Of a DNA stretch of 64,000 bases, positions 1 to 9,252 are shown piece after piece; positions within the stretch are counted from its first letter, which is position 1; every line of letters starts with the position of its first letter. This DNA is from Methanotrichaceae archaeon (GTDB taxonomy: Archaea; Halobacteriota; Methanosarcinia; Methanotrichales; Methanotrichaceae), in assembly GCA_016927425.1 (NCBI GenBank), contig JAFGMR010000073.1, positions 14,234-78,233 of the forward strand, given 5' to 3'. A program made the translations under genes and the position numbers. The notes under the pieces were generated by a model. It was not told the origin of the DNA and ran no database searches. It was given only the letters and a program-made list of their open reading frames with translations.

Positions 1-304
1 CCTGATGATGGTCGACCAATCCGAACCTTTGGGGAAGTCGGCTCAATTGTGCGGGAGACGCCGTGTCCACTAGCACCACAGTATCGTAATCGTCCGGGTT
101 AGGGTCGATCAAAGGACGGGCACCAATCGCCTGGGCAAGCCTCTCACCCGCTCGACCCATCCCCTCCACAACGCCGATCGCCCCCCCGAAGGCTTGCTGA
201 AGGGCAAAAGCGCTCCCAATGGCATCCGGATCGGCATTTCGATGGCATAGGAAGAGGACCTTGCCCTGCAAGCAAGAGGGGAACTGAGCCTCATGGATCT
301 GCAT
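1..304 (-). CDS. DHH-family phosphoesterase, N-terminal part (gene runs off the left edge)
   Basis: Not in the ORF track because there is no stop in the window. Minus-strand ATG at 304 reads MQIHEAQFPSCLQGKVLFLCHRNADPDAIGSAFAL...TVVLVDTASP...GLVDHHQ. The DHH-family motifs (DPD, VLVD, DHH) appear in the canonical order. Confidence 0.6.
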   Translation of the reverse strand, partial: MQIHEAQFPSCLQGKVLFLCHRNADPDAIGSAFALQQAFGGAIGVVEGMGRAGERLAQAIGARPLIDPNPDDYDTVVLVDTASPAQLSRLPQRFGLVDHHQ

Positions 305-400
305 AAGGGGATTGCGAGGCCTTCATGCTAGAAAAAGGTTGATGCGGAAGATCACGGAAACTTTTTTCCGTTAGGGCAACACCACATCACAGGATAACAG

Positions 401-1714
401 ATGCGCATAATGATCACCGGAGCGGGCGAGGTGGGGTTCCACGTAGCGAACGCCCTATTCAATGAGCATGATGTAACCATCATCGACGAGGAGAGCCGAG
501 CTTGTGCCAGGCTCTCGGACAAGGATGTCAAGGTGCTTCAGGGGAACGCCGCAAACGCCAGACTTCTCGCCCAGGCCGGGGTGAAGGATATGGACATAGT
601 CCTTGCGGTGACGGGCAATGACGAGATAAATATAATAACCTGCATTATCGCCGGGATGATGGGAGTGAAGCAGACGATCGCCCGTGTCAGCAACCCCGAG
701 TATATCGATCAACCGGTGATGCATCGAAGGCAGATCGGCATCGGATACATGATATGCCCAGAGCTCGTGATGGCGGAGGAACTCGGCCGGACACTCTACT
801 TTCCATCCATGCTCCTCAACCGCCAGCTCGCCGAGGGCAAGCTCGAGCTCATCGAGTTCAAGGTGGACGAGCATATGCCAATAACAGGGCCGATCTCCGA
901 GGTCAACCTGCCCAAGAGAAGCCGGATAATGGCCATCAATAGGGCAGGCGAGATAAGGATTCCCAAGGAAGGCGAGTCGGTCAAGGTCGGAGACCATATC
1001 ATACTCATCTGCGAGGCAGACGCCCTCCCTGGCCTGAGGAGCATGCTCCACCAGGACGCGACCGATCAGAAGATCATGATAGTAGGGGGCGGAATGGTAG
1101 GATTCTACCTGGCGAGCCAGCTCGAGAGGATGGGCTTCGAGCTGAAGCTCGTAGACATCGATAAGGAGCGCTGTTTGCGCCTCTCCGAGAGGCTCTCCGA
1201 GACGATGATCCTCAACGGCGATGGGACCGATATATCCTTCCTCAAGGAGGAGAACGTGGGAATGAGCGATGTCGTCTTCGCCGTGACCGGAAATGACGAG
1301 AAGAACCTTCTATGCTCCTTGCTTGCAAAGCAGCTGGGCGCGAAGAAGATCATCTCCCGTGTCAACCGAAGAGACTACATCAAGCTATTCGAGATGGTGG
1401 GCGTGGACAGGGCGGACAGCCCGGGCAAGGTTACGGTGGAAGCCGTCCTCCAGCTGGTGCTCGGAAGCGAGGAGCTGATAACCCTTAGCGACGAGAGGAT
1501 GGAGCTAGTGGAGTTCCTGGCAAGGAAGAGGGCGAAGATATTGGGCAAGAACCTGGCAAAAGACATGCCCTCAAACGCCGTCGCCGGGATGATCGTGCGC
1601 AAGGGCTCGACGATCATGCCAGATGAGAAGACCAAGGTAGAGGAAGGCGATCTGGTCTTCGTCCTGGCACTGCCGCAGGCCATCTCGGCGGTCAAGAAGC
1701 TCTTTGCGGCCTAG
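401..1714 (+). CDS. trkA: Trk potassium uptake system NAD-binding protein TrkA (two RCK_N + RCK_C units)
   Basis: MRIMITGAGEVGFHVA Rossmann start, a second GGGMVGFYLA Rossmann motif mid-protein, and a typical TrkA length (437 aa). Confidence 0.9.
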   Translation: MRIMITGAGEVGFHVANALFNEHDVTIIDEESRACARLSDKDVKVLQGNAANARLLAQAGVKDMDIVLAVTGNDEINIITCIIAGMMGVKQTIARVSNPEYIDQPVMHRRQIGIGYMICPELVMAEELGRTLYFPSMLLNRQLAEGKLELIEFKVDEHMPITGPISEVNLPKRSRIMAINRAGEIRIPKEGESVKVGDHIILICEADALPGLRSMLHQDATDQKIMIVGGGMVGFYLASQLERMGFELKLVDIDKERCLRLSERLSETMILNGDGTDISFLKEENVGMSDVVFAVTGNDEKNLLCSLLAKQLGAKKIISRVNRRDYIKLFEMVGVDRADSPGKVTVEAVLQLVLGSEELITLSDERMELVEFLARKRAKILGKNLAKDMPSNAVAGMIVRKGSTIMPDEKTKVEEGDLVFVLALPQAISAVKKLFAA

Positions 1715-2286
1715 ATCAGCCCACCGATCTGGGCTAGATCGGAGATCAATAGGGGCTCGAGCTCTGCCCTTCTAAGGACCGCCGCTGGATGGAACGTCAC
1801 GAGATGGCCCTCGATCACCTGCCCGTGCAGCGCCGTCACCCCTTGCATTCCAAGCAGCGCTTGCGTGGGGACGTTTCCCAGCAGACAAACCACCCTTGGT
1901 CTGACAAGCTCTATCTGCGCCTCCAGATACGAGCGACATGCCCTGATCTCCCCCTGCAACGGCCTGCGGTTGGATGGCGGGCGGCACTTGACGACGTTCG
2001 TTATGAATAGGCGATCCCTTTGAAGCCCCGCCTGGGATAGGGCTCGGTCGAGCACAGCCCCTGCCCGGCCGACGAACGGCCTGCCTTGTAAGTCCTCCTG
2101 AGCGCCAGGCGCCTCGCCTATCAACATCACCTCCGCCGGGCATGGCCCCTCGCCGGGGACGCTGAGGCGACGATGCTCGCATAAGGCGCAACGTCTGCAA
2201 CGGGAGATCTCCTCTCGGATGCCATCGAGGTTCATGCCGGCATACTCGCCCTGGGAGAAGATAACGATTTGCCGGATCGAGGCCAT
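1711..2286 (-). CDS. udg: uracil-DNA glycosylase, family 4
   Basis: C..C.LC Fe-S cysteines, GEAPGAQEDLQGRPFVGRAG and NVVKCRPP motifs. Has a 4-nt overlap with the trkA stop on the opposite strand. Confidence 0.85.
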   Translation of the reverse strand: MASIRQIVIFSQGEYAGMNLDGIREEISRCRRCALCEHRRLSVPGEGPCPAEVMLIGEAPGAQEDLQGRPFVGRAGAVLDRALSQAGLQRDRLFITNVVKCRPPSNRRPLQGEIRACRSYLEAQIELVRPRVVCLLGNVPTQALLGMQGVTALHGQVIEGHLVTFHPAAVLRRAELEPLLISDLAQIGGLI

Positions 2287-2362
2287 TGTTTTTATAAAAA
2301 ATCATTGCATGGCCGAAAGGTTCATATCCGTCCGCTGCCCTCTCATTATCAGGTGTTGCAGG

Positions 2363-2596
2363 ATGACTATGGAGTGGACCTATCCCCTGAGGAAGTTCGA
2401 CGATATCTATTATACGATCGAGAGGATCATCTACGGTGGCGGCCGGCTGAGCGGTTTCACGACTGAGGAGGTCTATGATAACCTTCGGGACAAGTCCATA
2501 TTCCGAGACGTGACAGACCTCAATAACTTCCTCATGGAGAACGGCAAAACGTTCAGGGTAAGGCCAGCAGGCGAGGCCTGGGAGCGCATCTGGTAG
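2363..2596 (+). CDS. small hypothetical protein (77 aa)
   Basis: Internal ATG of ORF 2219..2596, chosen because the upstream part overlaps the udg start. Composition is ordinary; no recognisable motif. Confidence 0.35.
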   Translation: MTMEWTYPLRKFDDIYYTIERIIYGGGRLSGFTTEEVYDNLRDKSIFRDVTDLNNFLMENGKTFRVRPAGEAWERIW

Positions 2597-2599
2597 GCC

Positions 2600-3856
2600 T
2601 CACCTCTGAGCGAAGTATATATTTTTATCATCCGAGCCTAGCTCCAGGAACTTCCCAGTGGCAAGGATCCGATGGCTATATCTTAGGGGAGCGACCCGCG
2701 TTCCCGGCCCTACGGTGGAGTCCCGGTGCAGAACAACATCCTCGCCGACGACCGGTATCCTCCCCCCATCGATCTGGCCCGATAGTGTGCTTTGAGTGCC
2801 GATCGATGAATGTCGACCGACTATCCCCTTGCATATGGATGTGCCCCGGCCGATATCGCAGAAGCTCATGACCATGCTATCCTTGATCTCCACGTCTCCC
2901 CCGATAAGGCTTGTGTGACCAATGTGGGAGTTCTCTATCACCGTGCCCGGCTCTATGCGGCAGTTTCGACCGATTACGACGTTTCCCTTAAGGACGATAT
3001 CGCCGCTGCTGAGACATCCATCGATCTTGGCGAGCGTTGAGGGATGGATCCATTGGCGATCTCGATATTGATGATGGAATGTGAAGTGCTTGACCTCCCC
3101 TCCGATGACGTTCATGGCCGCCTGGAGCAAACGCTCCGGAGTTCCTATATCCACCCAGTAGCCCTTCAGGGGATAGCCATAGACGGGATATCCATGCTCG
3201 GTGAGATAGGGTATGAGATCGCCGCCGATATCCCTCGCCTTGTCACCCATCTGGAGGAGGATCTCCCTGATCTCGGGGGAGAAGATATAAAAGGCGGTGT
3301 TTATCATCCTGCTGGGCTCGCATCCGGCTTTGGGCTTCTCCACGAATCCCCTGATCCGTCCGTCCTCGTCGAGATCCGCCGCCCCGTACTGCGATATGTT
3401 ATCTCCGGGAGGCAGCTCCTTCAGCGCAACGGTCAGTACCGGATTTTGATCTCTGTGAAAATCGATGAACCGCTGAAGGTCTATGTCGATCAGGTTGTCT
3501 CCGGAGATCACAAGCACGTCATCCATGATGTCGTAATAGTTCATGCAGAAGCGCAATGAATCGGCGCTGCCGCGGTCGTCGTACTGGGGCTGGTAGCCAA
3601 AGCTACGATGATCGTTCAACCCCAGCCGCTTGAAGAAGCCCTCGCCCGCCTTGAAGTAGTTGCTTAAAGCAAGTGTGTTCTCGGAGCCTTTGCTGCCCAG
3701 GATGAATCGCCGGCAGCCTTGCCTTGCGAGGACACGAAAGAGGACGGCGATGATCGCCGTGTCGCATATCTCCACCAAGGGCTTTGGCTGGCCGAGTGTG
3801 AGAGGATATAGCCTTGTCCCTCCTCCGCCCACGGTGGCAATTACTGGGGGAAGCAT
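2600..3856 (-). CDS. sugar-phosphate nucleotidyltransferase with C-terminal left-handed beta-helix domain
   Basis: N-terminus VGGGGTRLYPLT (the GxGTRL signature of NTP-sugar transferases), and a hexapeptide-repeat-like C-terminal third (418 aa). Confidence 0.8.
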   Translation of the reverse strand: MLPPVIATVGGGGTRLYPLTLGQPKPLVEICDTAIIAVLFRVLARQGCRRFILGSKGSENTLALSNYFKAGEGFFKRLGLNDHRSFGYQPQYDDRGSADSLRFCMNYYDIMDDVLVISGDNLIDIDLQRFIDFHRDQNPVLTVALKELPPGDNISQYGAADLDEDGRIRGFVEKPKAGCEPSRMINTAFYIFSPEIREILLQMGDKARDIGGDLIPYLTEHGYPVYGYPLKGYWVDIGTPERLLQAAMNVIGGEVKHFTFHHQYRDRQWIHPSTLAKIDGCLSSGDIVLKGNVVIGRNCRIEPGTVIENSHIGHTSLIGGDVEIKDSMVMSFCDIGRGTSICKGIVGRHSSIGTQSTLSGQIDGGRIPVVGEDVVLHRDSTVGPGTRVAPLRYSHRILATGKFLELGSDDKNIYFAQR

Positions 3857-3926
3857 GAGGGTGGATAGAGGCTTCCCAAATAATAAGCCTGTGCCCTGGG
3901 ATCGCCTAGAAGGGCGATGCCCCCCC

Positions 3927-4049
3927 CTAATATCCCCTTATTATCTTTACGATGATCCTCATGACCATGAAGGCGATCAAGAAGAGGATGAGGTAGAAGA
4001 TGTAAGGTGCAAGTCCGGCTGCGTCCATTATTAAGGCCTCCTTATCCAT
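3927..4049 (-). CDS. possible 40-aa single-pass membrane peptide
   Basis: MDKEALIMDAAGLAPYIFYLILFLIAFMVMRIIVKIIRGY has one clear hydrophobic helix, but it is very short with no supporting signal. Confidence 0.2.
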   Translation of the reverse strand: MDKEALIMDAAGLAPYIFYLILFLIAFMVMRIIVKIIRGY

Positions 4050-4127
4050 CTCGGGCGGTTCGATTTTTAAGGCTATCCCTTGGAAGGATCGGCACGGGCT
4101 CGATGAGATGAAAAGATTGAATACCAA

Positions 4128-5357
4128 TTGAATTCGACCCTGTTGGGATCGAAGATGAAGAGACAAGAGGCCATGGAGAAGGCCAAGGAACACTTCCAGA
4201 GGTTGATCGAGGAGCAGCTGGGTCGTGTGGAGAGGATGAAGGTAGGGGAGGACTGGCTGGACTTCTCGAAGCAAGAACGGATCATTATCGGCGTAGTCGG
4301 CGGAGATGGCATAGGTCCGTACATCACAAAGGAAGCGGTGCGCGTTCTAGAGGATCTCCTTGCCCCGGAGATCGCCGCAGGCAAGGTGGAGCTAAGGGAC
4401 GTTCCCGGCCTGACCATAGAGGAGAGGGCGGCAGCGAACAATGCCCTTCCCGACGATGCATTGAAGGCGCTAAAGGAGTGTCACGTCATTCTCAAGGGTC
4501 CGCTCACCACGCCCAAGAAGGGAGACCCCTGGCCCAACTTGGAGAGCGCAAACGTCTCCATGCGCAGGGAGCTCGACCTCTTCGCAAACGTCCGGCCGAT
4601 TAAGGTACCTGCAGAGGGCATAGACTGGATATTCTTCAGGGAGAACACCGAGGGCGAGTACGTGCTCGGGAGCCAGGGGATCAACGTCACACCAGACCTC
4701 GCCGTCGACTTCAAGGTCATCACGACCCAAGGCGCGGAGCGCATCGCGAGGCTTGCATTCGAGTATGCGCGAAAGAACGGCATCGATAAGGTCTCGGCCG
4801 TGACGAAGGCCAACGTCATCAAGACATCTGACGGCAAGTTCCTGGAGGTGGCAAGGGCTGTCGCGAAGGAGTATCCGGAGATCCAGTTCGACGATTGGTT
4901 CGTGGATATAATGGCGGCAAAGCTCGTAGACGAGAAGCGGAGAAAGGGCTTCAAGGTGATCGTGCTCCCGAACCTCTACGGCGACATACTAACGGACGAG
5001 GCAGCTGAGTTCCAGGGCGGCGTCGGGACTGCCGGAAGCGCAAATATCGGGAAGCGCTACGCCATGTTCGAGGCCATCCACGGATCTGCCCCTCGGATGG
5101 TCGACGAAGGAAGGGCTACTTACGCCGATCCATCGAGCATGATGAGGGCTTCAGCCATGCTGCTTCGCCACATCGGCTTTTTAGAGGAGGCAAGCAGGCT
5201 CGAGATGGCGCTCGATATATGCGGCCAGCACGAGAAGAGGATTGCCTTGACGGGGCGGTCCGACGGAGCGACAGGGTCGGAGTATGCCGATTATGTGATG
5301 GAGACGCTGAAGGACCCAAGCCTTGAACAGAGGTGGAAGGGTTGCAGCTCGGAGTGA
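4128..5357 (+). CDS. isocitrate/isopropylmalate dehydrogenase family protein
   Basis: NLYGDILTDEAAEFQGGVGTAGSANIG and RRELDLFANVRP motifs of beta-decarboxylating dehydrogenases. Substrate is not assignable by eye. The start could be an internal ATG at 4155. Confidence 0.8.
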   Translation: MNSTLLGSKMKRQEAMEKAKEHFQRLIEEQLGRVERMKVGEDWLDFSKQERIIIGVVGGDGIGPYITKEAVRVLEDLLAPEIAAGKVELRDVPGLTIEERAAANNALPDDALKALKECHVILKGPLTTPKKGDPWPNLESANVSMRRELDLFANVRPIKVPAEGIDWIFFRENTEGEYVLGSQGINVTPDLAVDFKVITTQGAERIARLAFEYARKNGIDKVSAVTKANVIKTSDGKFLEVARAVAKEYPEIQFDDWFVDIMAAKLVDEKRRKGFKVIVLPNLYGDILTDEAAEFQGGVGTAGSANIGKRYAMFEAIHGSAPRMVDEGRATYADPSSMMRASAMLLRHIGFLEEASRLEMALDICGQHEKRIALTGRSDGATGSEYADYVMETLKDPSLEQRWKGCSSE

Positions 5358-5362
5358 ATGCT

Positions 5363-5382
5363 CCCCGCCCTAAAGGGCGGGG
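5363..5382. repeat. perfect 8-bp GC stem-loop (CCCCGCCC-TAAA-GGGCGGGG)
   Basis: Read directly. It lies 5 nt after the dehydrogenase stop and at the 3' end of the tnpB relic, so it is either a terminator-like hairpin or the subterminal hairpin of the IS end. Confidence 0.6.
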
Positions 5383-5840
5383 GCTTCTATGTATGGTTTG
5401 ACGATACCAAACGGCTTCATCCCCAGTCGCAGAACGTTGATGGCCGCATTCTGATCTCGGTCCAAGGATAAACCGCAGCAAAGGCATTCATGGACCCGAT
5501 CAGAGAGTGACTTTTCAACTATAGTACCACAACGAGAGCACATCTTAGACGCATCTCTGGAATTTTCTAGAACCACCATTGAACCGGCACATTCGGCCTT
5601 TTAGGATGTGATCTTCACCAGCATATTCCAGGCCACGTCGGAGATGCTTTTGGCTAAGTTGTGGTTGTGAAGCATACCTTTGATGAACAGATCTTCGGGA
5701 CAGACAGTACAGAGACGGCCCACCAAATCACGGCTTACCTGGCGAGCGAAGTCGTACCTTTTAGTAGCGATCTCTCCGCTCCTGCGAGGTAAAGATTTTA
5801 TTTTATATGCCCTATTAGGATATGTGAAAGATCTGGCCAA
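5370..5840 (-). pseudogene. tnpB: IS200/IS605-family TnpB (OrfB) relic: C-terminal RuvC/zinc-ribbon part only, with an in-frame stop
   Basis: ORFs 5601..5840 and 5370..5579 are in the same frame, separated by TAA at 5601-5603. The fragments read EDLFIKGMLHNHNLAKSISDVAWNMLVKITS*KAECAGSMVV...SKMCSRCG...HECLCCGLSLDRDQNAAINV. The stop sits where TnpB has the Tyr of L.YKAE. The N-terminal roughly 250 aa are missing. Confidence 0.75.
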
Positions 5841-6702
5841 GAGACTGCTCTCCCTGAAGAGGGAGGATATAGCCCTGCTAAAAGCGATCGAAGCGGGGAT
5901 GAAGAGGTATCAGTGGGTGCCCATTGAGGAGGTAGCCCACATATCCGGGATCGCACCCTCCCGAGCCGACTTCCTGCTCGGCCAGCTAGCCTCCAACGGC
6001 ATAATCTTCTGCGAGGAGGCCAAGTACCTAGGCTATGCCATCGGCTTCGACACCTACGATCTCCTGGCCCTTCGAGTGCTCGTGGACAGGGGCGCGGTAA
6101 GGAGCCTCGGCGAGATAAGGGGCGTGGGCAAGGAGTCGATCGTCGTCGAGGCATTGGGGGAGGTTCCCCTCGTCATCAAGTTTCATCGGGAGGGACAAAC
6201 CAGCTTCAAGCACGTCCGCAGATATAGGGACCACCTGGCGGACAAGAGCCGTTGCACCTGGATTTACGCAGCAAGGCTCGCCGCCGGCCGGGAGTTTCAG
6301 ATCCTCAAGAGGCTTCATACCCACGTCTCAGTGCCCCGGCCAATAGCGCTCAATCGCCATGCTCTGGCCATGGAGCTCGTGGAAGGGCCTCGCCTGGACA
6401 GGGCAGAACTCGATCGCCCAGAAGAGATAATGGATTTGATCTTGGATGAGATCGGCAATTGTCTCCGTCTCGGCCTCGTTCATGCAGACCTGAGCGAGTA
6501 CAATGTCTTCCTGGACGGGGATGGCGTGAAGATAATCGATTGGCCACAGGCCATAGCCTTGGACCATCCAAACGCCCAGGAGAGGCTTGAGAGGGACGTC
6601 GGCAACATCGTGAAGTTCTTCAGGCGCCGCTTTGGCATCGAAAGATCCCTGGAGACGGCGCTGAAAATTGTTAGCGATAGAGAGAACGGGGTGAGATCTT
6701 AG
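5824..6702 (+). CDS. rio2: RIO-type serine kinase Rio2 (N-terminal winged helix + kinase domain)
   Basis: GTG at 5824 gives VKDLAKRLLSLKREDIALLKAIEAGMKRYQWVPIEE, a typical Rio2 wHTH start. The kinase core reads GKESIVVEA...HADLSEYNV...IDWPQA. Confidence 0.8.
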   Translation: MKDLAKRLLSLKREDIALLKAIEAGMKRYQWVPIEEVAHISGIAPSRADFLLGQLASNGIIFCEEAKYLGYAIGFDTYDLLALRVLVDRGAVRSLGEIRGVGKESIVVEALGEVPLVIKFHREGQTSFKHVRRYRDHLADKSRCTWIYAARLAAGREFQILKRLHTHVSVPRPIALNRHALAMELVEGPRLDRAELDRPEEIMDLILDEIGNCLRLGLVHADLSEYNVFLDGDGVKIIDWPQAIALDHPNAQERLERDVGNIVKFFRRRFGIERSLETALKIVSDRENGVRS

Positions 6703-6776
6703 GCCCAATATTCGGCGTCGATATAGCGAGCGGCTCCTCGAGGAGCAAGCGGCCTGCGGCTTACGGCCTCTGCATA

Positions 6777-8669
6777 ATGGACGGAGACGACGTCTTCCGC
6801 GAGAACATGGTCAGCTGGCACAAGCTCATCCATCTGATGAGGGAGGCTGCGCCGTCCATCGTCGCCGTGGACAACGTCTTCGAGCTGGCCAGAAGCCGCC
6901 AGGATCTGATCGGATTGCTTCGAAGGCTGCCTGCCAAGACGTTGCTAGTCCAGGTCACGGGCGGAGAGAGGCAAGTGTCCCTCGTAAAGCTTGCCCGATG
7001 GCACGGCATCCAATTCGATCGTCAGAATCCGATGGATGAGGCTGAGGCCTGCGCCCGTTTGGCTGCCAAGGGAGTTGGCATGGTAGTCTCTGCCTTTGAG
7101 GACCGGACCTGGATCAAGGTCAGCCGCCGGCGGTCTCCTGGAAGGGGCGGATGGAGCCAGAACCGCTACTCTCGAAAGATCCACGGCTCTGTAAAGGGTG
7201 TTGCAAGAGAGGTGGAGGCCAAGCTGAAGGAAGCGGGGCTTCCGTTCAGCAGCAAGGCAGTGGAAGGGCTCGGCGGATACATCCGATGCGAGTTCATAGT
7301 CGAAGCTCCCCGAGAGCAGGTCCATATCAAGCCCGGCCGCTACGAGGATGCCCAGGTTCGCGTGGAGGGGATAGAGCGCCCCAAGCTGCAGTTTCATCCA
7401 CTTAAGAGTCGACGCGGCTACATCATAGCAGGTATCGATCCCGGGACGACGACGGGTGTTGCCGCGCTTAACCTGCGAGGGGAGATGGTGGACCTAATAA
7501 GCGCGAGGGCTATGTCCCCCTCGGATGTGATCGAATGGCTGGCCGATCGCGGAAAGCCATTGATAGTTGCAACCGACGTCCATCCAACCCCAGGCGCTGT
7601 GGAGAAGATCAAGAGGGCCTTCAACGCAGTGCTCCATTCCCCAGGTGAAGCGCTCTCCGCCGAGGAGAAGATACTCCTCGCCCGGCCGTACGGCTATAGA
7701 AACGATCACGAGAGGGACTCGCTCGCCGCAGCCGTGAGCGCTTATAAGAGGTACAGGAACAAGTTTGCCCAGGTGGAGAAGAAGGCCCCCGCAGAGGTCG
7801 ATCCCGAGGAGGTGAAGGCCTTGCTGGTGAAGGGCCACTCCATTGATCGCGCCATCTCCAAGCTCAGCGCATCCCCCCCGCCGCCATCGGAGGAGGCCCC
7901 CGCAGAGGAGACGACCGCGTCCGTCGACCTCTCTGCCCTGCGCAGCCAGAATCGCGATCTCTCAGAGCAGGTGCGCCGCTTGAAGGAGTACGTGGACGAG
8001 CTCTGCCTGGATCTCAAGGCGAAGGACCGCGAGATCGAGGAGATCGCCCGCCGGATGGAGCGGGTGAAGGATAGGGCATTTCGAGAGATCAAGAGGGATC
8101 AACAGATCAAGATCAGGGATAAGGAGATCGCCCGCCTGAGAGGCATGCTTCGCTCGGAGAGAAAGCAGCTGCGCCGCCTGAAGGCCCAGCTATCGCGCGT
8201 GCGAAAAGCCGAGAGGATCGAGGAGATGGAGGGCTACCGAAGGCTCAAGCCCGTGGACTCCTTCTCCAAGGAGGCGGTGGCAGCCTCGGCCAAGAGATGG
8301 TCGATTGCAGAAGGCGATATCATCCTTCTGATGGACGCATCCGGGGGCGGAGCGAAGGCCTCGGACCTGCTCGTCGATATGGGCGTGGAGGCGGTGATCG
8401 TGAGAGGCGAGATGTCTCCTCAGACGATGGACTACCTGGGAGACAAGGGGGTTCCCGTGATCACAACAGACGAGGTCCCCTTGAGGGAGATCGACGGGAT
8501 ATCCTTCATCAATCCTCCCGACCTCGATAGGGCGAAGTCCGCCTGGGAGGAGAGGATGAAGGCAAGGGAGGCCAAAAGGAAGGCAGAGTGGCTGGAGAGC
8601 ATCTTTGCCGAGTACAAGGTTGAACGAAAGCGCGAGCAGAAGAGGGAGGAGCGAGAGCGGCAGGCGTAA
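6777..8669 (+). CDS. conserved archaeal DUF460-like protein (RNase H-like core + long charged coiled coil)
   Basis: GIDPGTTTGVAALNLRGE...IVATDVHPTPGAVEKIKRAF...NDHERDSLAAA resembles a Holliday-junction-resolvase/RNase H-like fold. This is followed by about 150 aa rich in E/K/R heptads. The family name is from memory. Confidence 0.65.
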   Translation: MDGDDVFRENMVSWHKLIHLMREAAPSIVAVDNVFELARSRQDLIGLLRRLPAKTLLVQVTGGERQVSLVKLARWHGIQFDRQNPMDEAEACARLAAKGVGMVVSAFEDRTWIKVSRRRSPGRGGWSQNRYSRKIHGSVKGVAREVEAKLKEAGLPFSSKAVEGLGGYIRCEFIVEAPREQVHIKPGRYEDAQVRVEGIERPKLQFHPLKSRRGYIIAGIDPGTTTGVAALNLRGEMVDLISARAMSPSDVIEWLADRGKPLIVATDVHPTPGAVEKIKRAFNAVLHSPGEALSAEEKILLARPYGYRNDHERDSLAAAVSAYKRYRNKFAQVEKKAPAEVDPEEVKALLVKGHSIDRAISKLSASPPPPSEEAPAEETTASVDLSALRSQNRDLSEQVRRLKEYVDELCLDLKAKDREIEEIARRMERVKDRAFREIKRDQQIKIRDKEIARLRGMLRSERKQLRRLKAQLSRVRKAERIEEMEGYRRLKPVDSFSKEAVAASAKRWSIAEGDIILLMDASGGGAKASDLLVDMGVEAVIVRGEMSPQTMDYLGDKGVPVITTDEVPLREIDGISFINPPDLDRAKSAWEERMKAREAKRKAEWLESIFAEYKVERKREQKREERERQA

Positions 8670-8844
8670 GGGGTGGGCCTGCTTCACCATTTCAGGAGGT
8701 GATGCCGCCCTGCGACGATGTAGGTAGCGTCGTCTGCCGGAGAAGGAACTCCTGTAATCCAGGGAGTCGCCCGCCTCCAGAGGTCTGGAAGCGGAGGAGC
8801 CGATTAAGGCGATATTCTTTTACCCTCGAAAAGCGGTATTAATA

Positions 8845-9246
8845 TTGGTGGAGAATCACTTGAAGATCATAGCGTTGGCGCTGCTGCTGCTCGCCTTCAC
8901 ATCGGCGATGGCATCGGGGATTGAGATGAGGCCGGGGGAAGAGCAGGCGGAGATGCTCTTTTCGCAGGGGATAGGTCAGCCATGGGTCGGGGGAAGGCCC
9001 CCGTGGCAAGGAGAGAGCCTCTTTCTGCCCTACCGCTGGGATGTTGCAAGGAACCTCTACTACTCGGAGATAGGCCTTGTCCAGGTCGTCGAGGGCTACC
9101 TAAGGATCGGCGATGGACAAGGGGCCGTCAGCGTTCCCTACACGCCTGGCTGGTACAGGGTGCTTGGATGCTACGACCAGACGCATAGGATCGTCGGGGT
9201 CTACGTGGACCTTGGCGGATATTATACCGATCAATCCTCGACATGA
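8845..9246 (+). CDS. small secreted hypothetical protein
   Basis: N-terminal signal-like segment LKIIALALLLLAFTSAMASG. The start codon is TTG/GTG and uncertain. Confidence 0.4.
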   Translation: MVENHLKIIALALLLLAFTSAMASGIEMRPGEEQAEMLFSQGIGQPWVGGRPPWQGESLFLPYRWDVARNLYYSEIGLVQVVEGYLRIGDGQGAVSVPYTPGWYRVLGCYDQTHRIVGVYVDLGGYYTDQSST

Positions 9247-9252
9247 TCGGCA

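Noticed and set aside
109-294. Track ORF of 61 aa on the minus strand near the left edge
   Set aside because: It is an alternative frame of the same strand as the DHH phosphoesterase reading frame (ATG 304), which has clear DPD/DHH motifs. The 61-aa product is Arg/Ser/Leu-rich with no motif.
455-1051. 198-aa antisense ORF inside trkA, and many similar long antisense or alternate-frame ORFs (for example 18483..19472, 38124..38879, 45930..46727, 51152..52156, 55201..56400, 59137..60189)
   Set aside because: Each fully overlaps a gene with strong family motifs. Their products are Arg/Pro/Gly/His-rich and low in Lys/Ile/Asn. That is the expected stop-poor shadow-frame behaviour of GC-rich DNA.
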